DNA of 28,483 nt from Chloroflexota bacterium (GTDB lineage Bacteria > Chloroflexota > Anaerolineae > Anaerolineales > Villigracilaceae). A model generated the notes under the pieces. The model did no database searches, was not told the DNA's origin, and worked only from the letters and a program-made list of their open reading frames with translations. Made by a program: the position numbers and the translations under genes. Of the stretch, positions 6,863 to 16,778 are shown piece after piece (position 1 is the stretch's first letter; each line of letters starts with the position of its first letter). The stretch lies in contig JBFYSM010000198.1 of assembly GCA_041301605.1 (NCBI GenBank), positions 1 through 28,483 of the forward strand. The letters are read 5' to 3'.

Positions 6863-7982
6863 CAGGAAAAAAGGTAATGTGTCATTGCGAGGGTCGAGTA
6901 GCCCCAAAGGGGCGTATCGCGCCGTCCCCGAAGGGGGATACCCGAAGCAATCCCCTCTGCCGCGAGGAGATTGCTTCGTCGGGCAAAGAACGCCCTCCTC
7001 GCAACGACACACACTCATCCCCATCACCGACAGCCACATCCACTTCGTTCATCCCGAACGGATGGACGAGATCCTGGCGCTGATGGATGCCGTTCCCTGC
7101 ACCCGCTTCAACCTCGTCTGCATCCCCAACCCTGACACCACCACCCACAACCCGGCTGCGCTTTACTTCAAACAGCGTCACCCGGATCGCGCCTACATTT
7201 CCGGAGCACTCAACTATACTGCCCTCGCCGATCCCGATCATGCGCCTGATCTTCTTGCTGCACAAATCATTTCGCTCAAAGCCCAAGGCTTCGATGGGTT
7301 GAAGTTGATCGAGGGCAAGCCGCAGGTGCGCAAGTTGCTGCCGCACCGGCTCGATGGCCCGCTCTACACGAAGATGTGGGCCGCCGTGGAACGGGAACAG
7401 TTCCCGGTTGTTTTCCATGTGGCTGACCCGGATGAATTCTGGGATGCTGATAAATGTCCCGAATGGGCTCGGCAGAAGGGCTGGGATTACTCGGATGGCA
7501 GTTACCCATCCAAGGAAGATTTGTACGCTGAAGTGGATAACATCCTGGCGCGGCATCCCAACCTGAAGATCATCTTCGCCCATTTTTATTTTCTCTCCCT
7601 AGACCTGGAACGTGCAGCGCGTTTTTTGGATACGCATCCCACTGTCTGCTTTGACCTCGCCCCACACATGGACATGTACCGCGACTTCAGCCGCGACCCC
7701 GAAACGGCGCGCGCTTTCTTCGTCCGTTACCAGGACCGGATCATCTACGGCACCGACACCGATACGCGCCCGTTGGTACACGGCGTGGAAGGGTACAAAT
7801 CCATGCAATCCATCCCGGTGCTCATCCGATCATTCCTCGAATGTGATGGTGAATTCCCAATGGAAAATGGCTCACGCTTTCACGGTCTCGGCCTGCCACG
7901 GGAGGTGCTCGAAAAAATATATGCCGCCAACTTCGAGCGGTTGTATGGCTCCCGGCCTGCCCCATTGAAGGATTGGGAATGA
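6855..7982 (+). CDS. Amidohydrolase-family protein with repeat-derived N-terminal segment
   Basis: DSHIH, FHVADP, AH and IIYGTD metal-binding motifs; ATG overlaps the GH172 stop. Confidence 0.82.
   Translation: MGDRKKGNVSLRGSSSPKGAYRAVPEGGYPKQSPLPRGDCFVGQRTPSSQRHTLIPITDSHIHFVHPERMDEILALMDAVPCTRFNLVCIPNPDTTTHNPAALYFKQRHPDRAYISGALNYTALADPDHAPDLLAAQIISLKAQGFDGLKLIEGKPQVRKLLPHRLDGPLYTKMWAAVEREQFPVVFHVADPDEFWDADKCPEWARQKGWDYSDGSYPSKEDLYAEVDNILARHPNLKIIFAHFYFLSLDLERAARFLDTHPTVCFDLAPHMDMYRDFSRDPETARAFFVRYQDRIIYGTDTDTRPLVHGVEGYKSMQSIPVLIRSFLECDGEFPMENGSRFHGLGLPREVLEKIYAANFERLYGSRPAPLKDWE
6878..7011. repeat. Composite palindromic element GTCATTGCGAG...CGAAGCAATC...GATTGCTTCG...CTCGCAACGAC with a nested GGTCGAGTA copy
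   Basis: Terminal arms TGTGTCATTGCGAG / CTCGCAACGACACA, internal CGAAGCAATC / GATTGCTTCG arms, nested repeat at 6892-6923. Confidence 0.8.
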
Positions 7983-8108
7983 GATGCCAAAGATTATTCC
8001 TCGCACGATGCGACCCTCCGACTGATTACGAAAGGAGAATATGCCAGGCAGCTTTTCGTTCCCGTTCAATCCCTTTTCACACATCCGTATGTTCCTTGAG
8101 GAGAAGCT

Positions 8109-8834
8109 ATGAAGAAGAAAATAGAAAAACAACCGTTGTTACGCAAGACCCACCTGCCGTTATACTTGCTCGGGGCGGCGATGGCGCTCTATGGGTTGGT
8201 GAGCGCATTGGTGTGGAGTATTTCATCCAGCCAGGCAATGCGCGGCCTGATAACGGCCGGGCAACTGCGTACCCGTCTGGCCAATTTCGAATCCACCGGC
8301 GGGTTGATCACCGGGATCGTGTTTTTCATCCTGTTCATCTGGTGCGCGGTGAATGCCAAAGGTGGGGTGCGGGCAGCTTTCATCGTCGGGATGCTGGCTT
8401 CCTTTGCACCCATCCTGGCGGGCCGGGCTGAAACCCTGCTCTTCGATACCCTGGGACTGCGCCTGCCGGCAGGCAGCGTGATCGCTGGCGCTTTATCCAC
8501 GATCGTTTTCACGCTGCCGATGATGATCTTTTTCATCATCCTGGCGAGCAGCAGGCGCGTCCCGCGCGGCTGCCGCTGGTTGGCCTTTGCATCCATTTTC
8601 ATCGTACTGGCAACCGCCTTCTTCCCCATCTATGTGACAGTATTGGCGTTCCTGCTCAAACCCGGCGACCCGGCAGTAGGGAGGATGCTCGAGGTCAGTT
8701 CGCAGGTGATCAAGCTGCGTTATCTCCTGCCCGGCCTGAGCCTCCTGTTCCTGGCATACATCAGCATGCGCTTCTTGAAAGAACAGTTATCCGCCGAGGC
8801 GCAAAACATTCCTCAAGAAGGAGGTCCCAAATGA
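8109..8834 (+). CDS. Hypothetical multi-pass membrane protein
   Basis: About 6-7 hydrophobic segments; RBS GAGGAG; ATGA overlap with the next gene. Confidence 0.75.
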   Translation: MKKKIEKQPLLRKTHLPLYLLGAAMALYGLVSALVWSISSSQAMRGLITAGQLRTRLANFESTGGLITGIVFFILFIWCAVNAKGGVRAAFIVGMLASFAPILAGRAETLLFDTLGLRLPAGSVIAGALSTIVFTLPMMIFFIILASSRRVPRGCRWLAFASIFIVLATAFFPIYVTVLAFLLKPGDPAVGRMLEVSSQVIKLRYLLPGLSLLFLAYISMRFLKEQLSAEAQNIPQEGGPK

Positions 8835-10513
8835 AACCATCTAATGGAAGTATGATCAACCAACGGCTGGCAGCTCTCAGCCTGGCAGTCGTTCTGCTCC
8901 TGGCCGCCTGCGGTGGCAACAACCCACCCGCCACATCGGAGACAACGGCTCCTGCCGCCGATGAATTTTCCGGTTTGAATCTCGTTGTGCCTGCCCGGTA
9001 TGACCCGCCCATCGAGATGAGTTCGGTCATCACCGTGGACGCGACAGTCAAGTTCCTGGGCGAGAATGACATTCACAACAACGTCTGGACGCGGGCTTAC
9101 GAACAACTGCTGGGCATACAAGTCAGTTACGATTGGGTGGTCGATGTATCCATGTATGACCAGAAACTGGGCCTATCGGTCAACTCGGGCGACATCCCGG
9201 ATATGTTCCGGGTCACCCCAAGCCAGCTCCTGCTGTATCAGGAGGCAGGCTTGCTTGCCAACCTGACCGCGGTGTATGAGGCAGAGGCGTCCGCAATAAC
9301 GCGTGATGTCCTGACACAGGACCCGGTTGCCCTCAAGGCTGCCACGATCGATGGCAAATTATGGGGCATACCGCTCACGGATGCCTCCGTCGCAAACGCC
9401 TCGGTGCTCTGGATCCGCCAGGATTGGATGGATGAGCTTGGCATTGCTGCACCGACCAGCATGGATGATGTGCTTGAAATATCCAGGCGCTTTACCGAGG
9501 AAGACCCAGACGGCGATGGCGTGGATGATACGATCGGTTTATGCGCTTCGAAATCACTCTATGGGGCCATCGCTAATGTGCAAGGCTTCTTCAACGGGTA
9601 CCATGCCTACCCCGGCATCTGGTTCGAGCGGGATGGCCAAGTAGTCTATGGATCCGTCCAACCGGAGATGCGCACGGCTTTGCTCGCCCTGCAAGAGATG
9701 TATGCCAGCGGCCAGCTCGATCCGGAGTTCGGCGTCAAGGATGTAAACGCTATCAACGAAACCATTGCACAAGGAAAATGTGGCATGGAGTTTGGGGTTT
9801 GGTGGAATCCCTATCATCCCCTGAACTTGAGCCAGCAGAACGATCCGACCGCCTTCTGGTCGGCCTTCGCGATCCCTTCGGTCGATTCGACCCCGGCAAA
9901 AAGCCAGTACACCACCGCTATCGGATCCTTCCTGGTCATCCGCAATGGGTATGAACATCCCGAGGCGTTGATCCGCATGGTCAATTTCTGGACCGATAAC
10001 CTGGTCGGTTCCCAGGATGAAGCTGTGCGCAGTACTTTCCTGGGCAATATCGAAGCGCCTGACGTGGTGCTCTATAAATATACGCCCGTGTTGCTCTGGG
10101 AACCGAATGCGGCGATCAAGGCCGGGAATGCGCTTCGCGAGGCTCTCGCCAGGCACGATCCTTCCGGGCTGGACCTGGAAGCGCAGTGGCGCTACCGGAT
10201 CATCCAGGCCTACTATGAGCAGGGCATCCTGGAGGCCTGGGTGGAGGTGGCTACCAATGGCCCGAATGGTTCCAGCGCCATCCTGATGCAGGTTTTGGAG
10301 GATCGCGGCCTGATGAATCGTTTCTACGGTCCGCCCACGCCAACCATGGCGGGAAAAATGCCAACCCTGCAATCCATGGAAGAAGAGACGATCATCAAGG
10401 TCATCATGGGTGAATCGATCGACCTGTTCGACCAGTTCGCAAGTGATTGGTACAAACTGGGCGGGACGGACATCGTGGATGAGGTCAACCAGTGGGCTGC
10501 GAATAATCCATAG
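8831..10513 (+). CDS. ABC transporter oligosaccharide-binding lipoprotein (CUT1/LplA-like)
   Basis: Lipobox LAAC, GDIPDMF, LWIRQDWMDELG, DPDGDG motif; strong RBS AAGGAGG. Confidence 0.92.
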   Translation: MKPSNGSMINQRLAALSLAVVLLLAACGGNNPPATSETTAPAADEFSGLNLVVPARYDPPIEMSSVITVDATVKFLGENDIHNNVWTRAYEQLLGIQVSYDWVVDVSMYDQKLGLSVNSGDIPDMFRVTPSQLLLYQEAGLLANLTAVYEAEASAITRDVLTQDPVALKAATIDGKLWGIPLTDASVANASVLWIRQDWMDELGIAAPTSMDDVLEISRRFTEEDPDGDGVDDTIGLCASKSLYGAIANVQGFFNGYHAYPGIWFERDGQVVYGSVQPEMRTALLALQEMYASGQLDPEFGVKDVNAINETIAQGKCGMEFGVWWNPYHPLNLSQQNDPTAFWSAFAIPSVDSTPAKSQYTTAIGSFLVIRNGYEHPEALIRMVNFWTDNLVGSQDEAVRSTFLGNIEAPDVVLYKYTPVLLWEPNAAIKAGNALREALARHDPSGLDLEAQWRYRIIQAYYEQGILEAWVEVATNGPNGSSAILMQVLEDRGLMNRFYGPPTPTMAGKMPTLQSMEEETIIKVIMGESIDLFDQFASDWYKLGGTDIVDEVNQWAANNP

Positions 10514-10521
10514 CAGTAACT

Positions 10522-10657
10522 TCTCAATAAATTGGGGAAGATGGGGGGGCGGCTTCGCCGCCCACACCCCCCCGCCCCCCAAGTTATTGAGATGATACCC
10601 ATAGCACATGATGTAAACCCTGTCACGAAGCATTTTTCAAGCGGCTTCGTGACAGGG
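10522..10657. repeat. Two intercistronic stem-loops after the binding-protein gene
   Basis: Long imperfect hairpin 10522-10592 with a TTCG loop; perfect 14-bp arms at 10618-10631 and 10644-10657. Confidence 0.7.
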
Positions 10658-10723
10658 AAGAAAGATTACCTGCTTGTTGATCGGTGCCTGTTCGCTCGAG
10701 CACGATGGCTGAAGGAGTACCCC

Positions 10724-11626
10724 ATGCGGTCGCGCAAAAAAATCCTACAGGAAATTCCCCTCTTCATCATGTTGGCCCCGGCTGTGATCCTGGTGTTGAT
10801 CTACTCTTACGCGCCCATGGCCGGGATCGTGATGGCCTTCCAGCGCGTCCTGCCAGGCAAGGGCATCTTCGGTTCGCCCTGGGTGGGCTGGGATAACTTC
10901 ACCTTTGTTTTGGAAATGCCGACCTTCCTCCAGGTGCTCTGGAACACGATCTTCATCGCCGGCATGAAGGCCATCGCGGGCATCGTGGTTCCTGTGACCG
11001 TAGCGCTGATGCTCAACAATGTCACCAGCCATGCCTTCAAACGCACGGTGCAAACAGTCATCTACCTGCCGCACTTCCTTTCCTGGGTTATCCTGGCGGG
11101 CATTTTCATAGATATCCTGGCTCCATCCGATGGTGTGGTCAACCAGGTGCTGGGGTTGGTGGGAATAAAACCCATCTTCTTCCTGGGGAATGACAAGGTG
11201 TTTCCCTGGACGATGGTGGCCACCGATGTGTGGAAATCTTTCGGGTTCGGCACCATCGTGTATTTGGCCGCGCTGACTGATATCGACCCCACGCTGTACG
11301 AAGCCGCGGTTATGGATGGCGCCACCCGTTGGCAACAGACCATGTATATCACACTGCCGGGGATTTCCGGGACGATCATCATGCTCACCACGCTCAGCCT
11401 GGGCAACATCCTCAATGCTGGATTTGATCAGATCTTCAATCTGTACAGCCCGCTGGTGTACCGCACCGGCGATATCATCGATACCCTGGTGTACCGTACC
11501 GGCATTCTCAACAACCAGTATGGGGTCGCAACCGCGGTTGGGTTGTTCAAGTCGGTCGTATCGCTCCTGCTGATCGGGATCGCCTACAAACTGGCGGCCA
11601 AATTTGCAGATTACAAGATCTTTTAG
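10724..11626 (+). CDS. Carbohydrate ABC permease (LplB-like)
   Basis: YLPHFLSWV and EAA motif LYEAAVMDGA; start 10724 has RBS AAGGAG. Confidence 0.92.
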   Translation: MRSRKKILQEIPLFIMLAPAVILVLIYSYAPMAGIVMAFQRVLPGKGIFGSPWVGWDNFTFVLEMPTFLQVLWNTIFIAGMKAIAGIVVPVTVALMLNNVTSHAFKRTVQTVIYLPHFLSWVILAGIFIDILAPSDGVVNQVLGLVGIKPIFFLGNDKVFPWTMVATDVWKSFGFGTIVYLAALTDIDPTLYEAAVMDGATRWQQTMYITLPGISGTIIMLTTLSLGNILNAGFDQIFNLYSPLVYRTGDIIDTLVYRTGILNNQYGVATAVGLFKSVVSLLLIGIAYKLAAKFADYKIF

Positions 11627-11641
11627 GGAGGCAGACTTCCC

Positions 11642-12526
11642 ATGAATAAAAAAATCGTCAGGCTCCCATTCTTTCAGAACATTGTCAACCTGCTTGTGCT
11701 GGCAATCATCGCCCTGGTATGTGCATTCCCAATTATCCACACCCTGGCGCTTTCGCTTTCATCCGCTTCGGCTGCTTCCAGCGGTAGGGTGACCATCTGG
11801 CCGGTAGAATTTACCACTCAATCCTACAGCTTTGTGCTGGAGAATCCCGCTTTCCTAAAGTCCTTTGGGGTTTCATTGCTGCGCGTGCTGGTTGGAGTGC
11901 CGGTCAACATGCTCCTGACCGTCCTGGTTGCTTACCCGCTCTCCCGCTCGATCAAAGAGTTCCGCCTGCGCGATGGGTTTGCCTGGTTCTTCCTCATCAC
12001 CGTTCTGTTCTCGGGCGGCTTGATCCCCTGGTACATGGTTATCAGGCAGACCGGTCTGATCGACAGCTTTTGGGCGTTGATCATCCCCGGGGCGCTGCCG
12101 GTGTTCAACGTAATCCTGCTGGTCAACTCATTCAGGAATATCCCCAAGGAATTGGAGGAAGCCGCCGCCATGGACGGGGCCGGTCACTGGACCATCCTGT
12201 TCAAGATCCTGCTGCCAATGTCCATGCCCATCCTGGCAACCCTGACGCTGTTTGTGGCAGTCGCCCACTGGAATGCCTGGTTCGATGGGCTCATTTTGAT
12301 GAACTCCCCGGATAAATACCCGCTGCAGAGCTACTTGCAGACGGTGATCATCAATCCTGACCCGAGATTCCTGACCGAACGCGACCTGGCGCTGCTTCAA
12401 ATGATCAGCAACCGCACCACCCGGGCAGCCCAGATCTTCATTGCCATGATCCCCATTATGGCGATCTACCCATTCCTGCAACGTTACTTTGTAACGGGTA
12501 TCAAACTGGGTTCGGTCAAGGGATAA
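11642..12526 (+). CDS. Carbohydrate ABC permease (LplC-like)
   Basis: FSGGLIP, ELEEAAAMDGA, YPFLQRYFVTG motifs; RBS GGGAGG. Confidence 0.92.
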   Translation: MNKKIVRLPFFQNIVNLLVLAIIALVCAFPIIHTLALSLSSASAASSGRVTIWPVEFTTQSYSFVLENPAFLKSFGVSLLRVLVGVPVNMLLTVLVAYPLSRSIKEFRLRDGFAWFFLITVLFSGGLIPWYMVIRQTGLIDSFWALIIPGALPVFNVILLVNSFRNIPKELEEAAAMDGAGHWTILFKILLPMSMPILATLTLFVAVAHWNAWFDGLILMNSPDKYPLQSYLQTVIINPDPRFLTERDLALLQMISNRTTRAAQIFIAMIPIMAIYPFLQRYFVTGIKLGSVKG

Positions 12527-12536
12527 GAAAAAACAG

Positions 12537-15056
12537 ATGACACCTCAGCGCATTTTTCGCGATTCGGAATTGCTGCAAATTGCCCTGCCCCTCGGCGGGA
12601 TCGGCGCGGGCTGCATCTGCCTGAACGGTTACGGCAGCCTGCAGGATTTTTCCATCCGCAACGCGCCCGCCACCTCTGCCGGAGCGGACCGCCACCAACC
12701 GCAGGAGGCCGGGTTCGCCATCATCCACTTTCCTAACGAGAACCTGACTCGCCTCGTGGAAGGCCCCTTCCCCAAGGAAAAGATTTACAACCTGGGGCTG
12801 CGCTCGCAGGGTTACAACGGCGGCGGGCACGAGGGACTGCCGCGCTTCTGCGACTGTTCCTTCACCGGTGAATATCCCTTCGGCACGGTCGAACTCTCCG
12901 ATCCAGACCTGCCACTGGCAGTGACCATCACCGGCTTCAACCCCTTCATCCCGTTGGATGACGTTAACTCCGGCATCCCCTGCGCGATTCTTGAATATAC
13001 ACTGCGCAATTCATCTGAACATACGGTGATTTACGAATTCTCGTATCACCTGTCTCATCTCGCCTGGAAAGGCGCAGAGACAAGCGCGCGCAGTGAATCC
13101 ATGCCGGGACTTGGCATCCATTTCTGGAACGAGGCTCCGGCTGTCTCCCCCTCGTCCGGTAGTGCGGCACTTGGTATTCTGAACGGCAAACCGCTTATCA
13201 AAGCCCGCTGGCTGCGCGGCGGCTGGTTCGATGCAATCTCCGCCCTGTGGCGCGAGGTTTCCGCGGGAAATTTCCAATCAACGAATGGTCTCCCTGCAGA
13301 TGGCAAACCCACCCGCAATGGAGGTTCGTTGCTCGTGAAAGGGGAACTTGCTCAGGGAGAAAGTATCACCTATCCGGTAATCATCACGTGGTATTTCCCC
13401 AATATCACCGAATCCTCCGCCACGGGAAGCAACCTGCAACTTGCCAACCTGCAACCTGCATGGCATCCGTTCTATGCAAACCAATGGAAGAACGCTCAAG
13501 ATGTGTTGCTCTATGTCCGCGACCATTACACGGAATTGCGCGCCCAAACCCAAGCATTCCACGATGCGCTGTTCTCCTCGACCCTGCCTGCCTCGGTCCT
13601 GGACGCGGTTTCTGCAAATCTGGCCATCATAAAATCTCCAACAATCCTGCGCCACGAGAATGGTGACATCTGGGGCTGGGAAGGTTGCTTCTGCGACAGC
13701 GGCTGCTGCCCGGGCAGTTGCACCCATGTCTGGAATTACGCCCAATCCATCCCACATCTCTTCCCTGCGCTCGAACGCACGCTGCGCCAGCGCGAACTGG
13801 AAGAGTCGATGGATGAGCGCGGCCACGTCAACTTCCGCGCCTCCCCGCCGGGAATGCCAACCGCCCACGATTTCCACGCCGCGGCGGACGGCCAACTCGG
13901 CGGGATCATGAAGGTGTACCGCGAATGGCAGGTTGGCGGCAACCGCGCCTGGCTGGAGCGCATGTACCCGCTTGCCAAACGCAGCCTGGATTTCTGCATC
14001 GCCCAGTGGGATCCGCGTCACGTGGGCCTGATCGAAGAACCGCACCACAACACCTACGATATCGAGTTCTGGGGGCCGGAGGGATTGTGCTCCAGTTTCT
14101 ACCTCGGCGCGCTGGCGGCCATCTCAGCGCTGGCGTGCGATGCCGGTCACCCCGAAGACGCGGCGATGTACGATGAACTGGCACAGAAAGGCGCGCAGGC
14201 CATCGAATCCCGCCTGTTCAACGGCAAGTATTACCGGCAGGAGATCATGGTCAAGGGATTGCGCGATGAAAAGATGTTTACCGTCCCTGACGATGACAGC
14301 GACGAAGCGCACCTGCTCAAGGTCGAAGGACCGAAATACCAGATCGGCTCCGGCTGTCTTTCGGATGGCGTCTTCGGCGCCTGGCTGGCGCAGTTGTGCG
14401 GCGTGGGAACACAGCAGAGCCGCGAGTCCATCTGCAGCCATCTCGCCGCGGTCTACCGTCACAACTTCAAGCCCAGCCTGTGGAACCACGCCAACCCGCA
14501 GCGTCCCGGTTATGCCATCGGTGATGAGCCCGGCCTGCTGCTCTGCACCTGGCCCCGTGGTGGCAAGCCCACCCTGCCATTCGTATATTCCGATGAAGTC
14601 TGGACCGGCATCGAGTACCAGGTGGCATCCCATCTCATCGCCGAAGATATGGTTGAGGAAGGATTGGCTATCGTCGAAGCAGTTCGTTCAAGATACGATG
14701 GCCGGGCACGCAACCCCTGGAACGAATACGAGTGCGGCAGCTATTACGCCCGCGCCATGGCCAGTTATGCTCTGCTCATCGCGCTCTCTGGCTTTCGTTA
14801 TTCCGCGCCGACGCGCACCCTGTTCATCGCCCCGCGGCTCGATGGCGACCCGTTCACTTGCTTCTTCTCGACCGCCTCCGGGTGGGGCACGTTCACGTTA
14901 CGCGCCGACCGGCTCGAGGTCCGGCTCGTGGCGGGAGAATTGCACATCGATACGTTGCACGTTGCAGGTTTTGGAACATCCATCACCGTCCACCCCGGTA
15001 TCACTGTCCACGCCGGGGAAGCGGCGTCCATTCCCTTGTCAGGAGAATTGTCATGA
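12537..15056 (+). CDS. Glycoside hydrolase family 116
   Basis: PLGGIGAG N-terminus, WGWEG, GSCTHVWNY, HNTYD, YSDEVWTG, ECGSYYARAM motifs; no signal peptide. Confidence 0.9.
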   Translation: MTPQRIFRDSELLQIALPLGGIGAGCICLNGYGSLQDFSIRNAPATSAGADRHQPQEAGFAIIHFPNENLTRLVEGPFPKEKIYNLGLRSQGYNGGGHEGLPRFCDCSFTGEYPFGTVELSDPDLPLAVTITGFNPFIPLDDVNSGIPCAILEYTLRNSSEHTVIYEFSYHLSHLAWKGAETSARSESMPGLGIHFWNEAPAVSPSSGSAALGILNGKPLIKARWLRGGWFDAISALWREVSAGNFQSTNGLPADGKPTRNGGSLLVKGELAQGESITYPVIITWYFPNITESSATGSNLQLANLQPAWHPFYANQWKNAQDVLLYVRDHYTELRAQTQAFHDALFSSTLPASVLDAVSANLAIIKSPTILRHENGDIWGWEGCFCDSGCCPGSCTHVWNYAQSIPHLFPALERTLRQRELEESMDERGHVNFRASPPGMPTAHDFHAAADGQLGGIMKVYREWQVGGNRAWLERMYPLAKRSLDFCIAQWDPRHVGLIEEPHHNTYDIEFWGPEGLCSSFYLGALAAISALACDAGHPEDAAMYDELAQKGAQAIESRLFNGKYYRQEIMVKGLRDEKMFTVPDDDSDEAHLLKVEGPKYQIGSGCLSDGVFGAWLAQLCGVGTQQSRESICSHLAAVYRHNFKPSLWNHANPQRPGYAIGDEPGLLLCTWPRGGKPTLPFVYSDEVWTGIEYQVASHLIAEDMVEEGLAIVEAVRSRYDGRARNPWNEYECGSYYARAMASYALLIALSGFRYSAPTRTLFIAPRLDGDPFTCFFSTASGWGTFTLRADRLEVRLVAGELHIDTLHVAGFGTSITVHPGITVHAGEAASIPLSGELS

Positions 15057-16648
15057 ACCAGATTGCATACCTCGTCGCCAGCGGCGACCTGCGCCTTTCG
15101 GCCAACCAGACCTGCTGGCCCGCGCAGGAAGCCATGGAAAAACAGGTCATCGCCGCCTTCCAACGCGAAGGCGTCAAGGTGGTGCGCGCCCACCCGTATG
15201 ACCCGGTGCAGAAGCACGGCTTTATTTCATCCCAGCGCATGGGCATGGATGTGTTTGCCGGCATCCCGAAGGACGCGCCCGTGATCGCCGCGGTGGCAGT
15301 CTGGCAGTACAGTTACCACCTGCTTGCCGGGCTGCGCGACCACCGCGGCCCGATCCTGACCGTCGCCAACTGGTCGGGGCAGTGGCCAGGTCTGGTTGGA
15401 CTGCTCAACCTGAACGGCTCCCTGACCAAGATGGGCGTGAAGTACAGCACCACCTGGAGCGAAAACTTCGACGATGATTTCTTCCTTGCCGGCATCAGGC
15501 AGTGGATCGAGAGCGGCAGCATCACCCGCGTTACTGCCCACGTGCGAGATCTGGATCCTGCCGCGCTACCATCAGCCGAACGCAACCTCGGGCAGTCGCT
15601 GGCGCAGGCGATCCGCGAGAAGAAGGCCATCATGGGTATCTTCGACGAGGGCTGCATGGGCATGTACAACGCCATCATCGAAGACGAACTGCTCAACGCC
15701 TGCGGCATCTACAAGGAGCGCCTCTCACAGTCTGCGCTGGTGGCCGCCATGCGGACCGTGACCGCAGCCGAGGCGCAGGCCGCCCGCGATTGGCTGAACC
15801 AGCGCGGCATGAAGTTCGTCACCGGAATGAACGAAGCCACCGAACTCACCGACGCCCAGATCCTCGAACAATTGAAGATGTACATCGCCGCCATGCGCAT
15901 GGCCGATTTCTTCGGCTGTGACGCGATCGGTATTCAATACCAGCAAGGCCTCAAGGATATGACACCCGCCTCCGACCTGGCCGAGGGGCTGTTCAACAAC
16001 CCGGAGCGCCCGCCCGTCCATCACGCCACCACCAGCGTGGAATTGTTCGCAGGCAAAGCCCTGCCACACTTCAACGAAGTGGATGAGGGCGCGGGCGTGG
16101 ACGCGCTGGTCACGGACCGCGTCTGGATGGCGCTTGGTCTCGACCCATCCACGACCTTGCACGACATCCGCTGGGGGCGCAAGTATGGTGATGATTTCGT
16201 CTGGGTCTTCGAGATCTCCGGCGCAGCACCCGCCTCCCATTTTGTGAATGGGTACTCGGGCGCGGCCAGCGAACGCCAGCCGCCGATGTACTTCCCGCTG
16301 GGCGGCGGTACGTTGAAGGGCGTCAGCAGACCGGGCGAGATCGTCTGGAGCCGCGTCTTCGTGATGGACGGGCAGATCCATGCCGACCTCGGCCGCGGCA
16401 CGGTGGTGGCACTGCCCGAAGAAGAAATCCGTGAGCGCTGGGAATCCACCACCGAACAATGGCCAATGATGAACGCCATCCTGCACGGCGTGAGTCGCGA
16501 CCAGATGATGGCGCGGCATAAAGCGAATCATATTCAGGTTGTGTATACCCCGGATGCCGTGACCGCCAACAAAGCCCTGGCGGTCAAAGCAGCCATGTTC
16601 GCAGGGCTCGGCATCCAGGTTCATTTGTGCGGTGATGTAAAGCTCTAA
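15053..16648 (+). CDS. L-fucose/D-arabinose isomerase-like protein
   Basis: ASGDLRLSAN start, ANWSGQWPGLVG, IQYQQG, HFNEVD, HDIRWG, HKANHI; ATG 15053 overlaps the GH116 stop, RBS AGGAG. Confidence 0.75.
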   Translation: MNQIAYLVASGDLRLSANQTCWPAQEAMEKQVIAAFQREGVKVVRAHPYDPVQKHGFISSQRMGMDVFAGIPKDAPVIAAVAVWQYSYHLLAGLRDHRGPILTVANWSGQWPGLVGLLNLNGSLTKMGVKYSTTWSENFDDDFFLAGIRQWIESGSITRVTAHVRDLDPAALPSAERNLGQSLAQAIREKKAIMGIFDEGCMGMYNAIIEDELLNACGIYKERLSQSALVAAMRTVTAAEAQAARDWLNQRGMKFVTGMNEATELTDAQILEQLKMYIAAMRMADFFGCDAIGIQYQQGLKDMTPASDLAEGLFNNPERPPVHHATTSVELFAGKALPHFNEVDEGAGVDALVTDRVWMALGLDPSTTLHDIRWGRKYGDDFVWVFEISGAAPASHFVNGYSGAASERQPPMYFPLGGGTLKGVSRPGEIVWSRVFVMDGQIHADLGRGTVVALPEEEIRERWESTTEQWPMMNAILHGVSRDQMMARHKANHIQVVYTPDAVTANKALAVKAAMFAGLGIQVHLCGDVKL

Positions 16649-16778
16649 AGCTGCACAGGGGCTGTCCAAAAAGGGTAAGGCGAAATTACAGAGTACTGCG
16701 TAAATATTTGAACCCGAATCATCGTTGCCTACCGGCTGAAACGAGATCCCAGGTCAGAAATTTATACAAGGAGAAACC

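Noticed and set aside
10532-10723. N-terminal extension of the first permease
   Set aside because: Runs through hairpins; a good RBS precedes ATG 10724.
14140-15201. 353-aa alternate-frame ORF and the 14732 extension of the isomerase
   Set aside because: Overlap GH116; low-complexity Arg/Pro/Ser-rich products typical of GC-rich shadow frames.
16649-16778. GGGGCTGTCCAAAAAG as an IS terminal repeat
   Set aside because: No partner repeat, duplication or transposase nearby.
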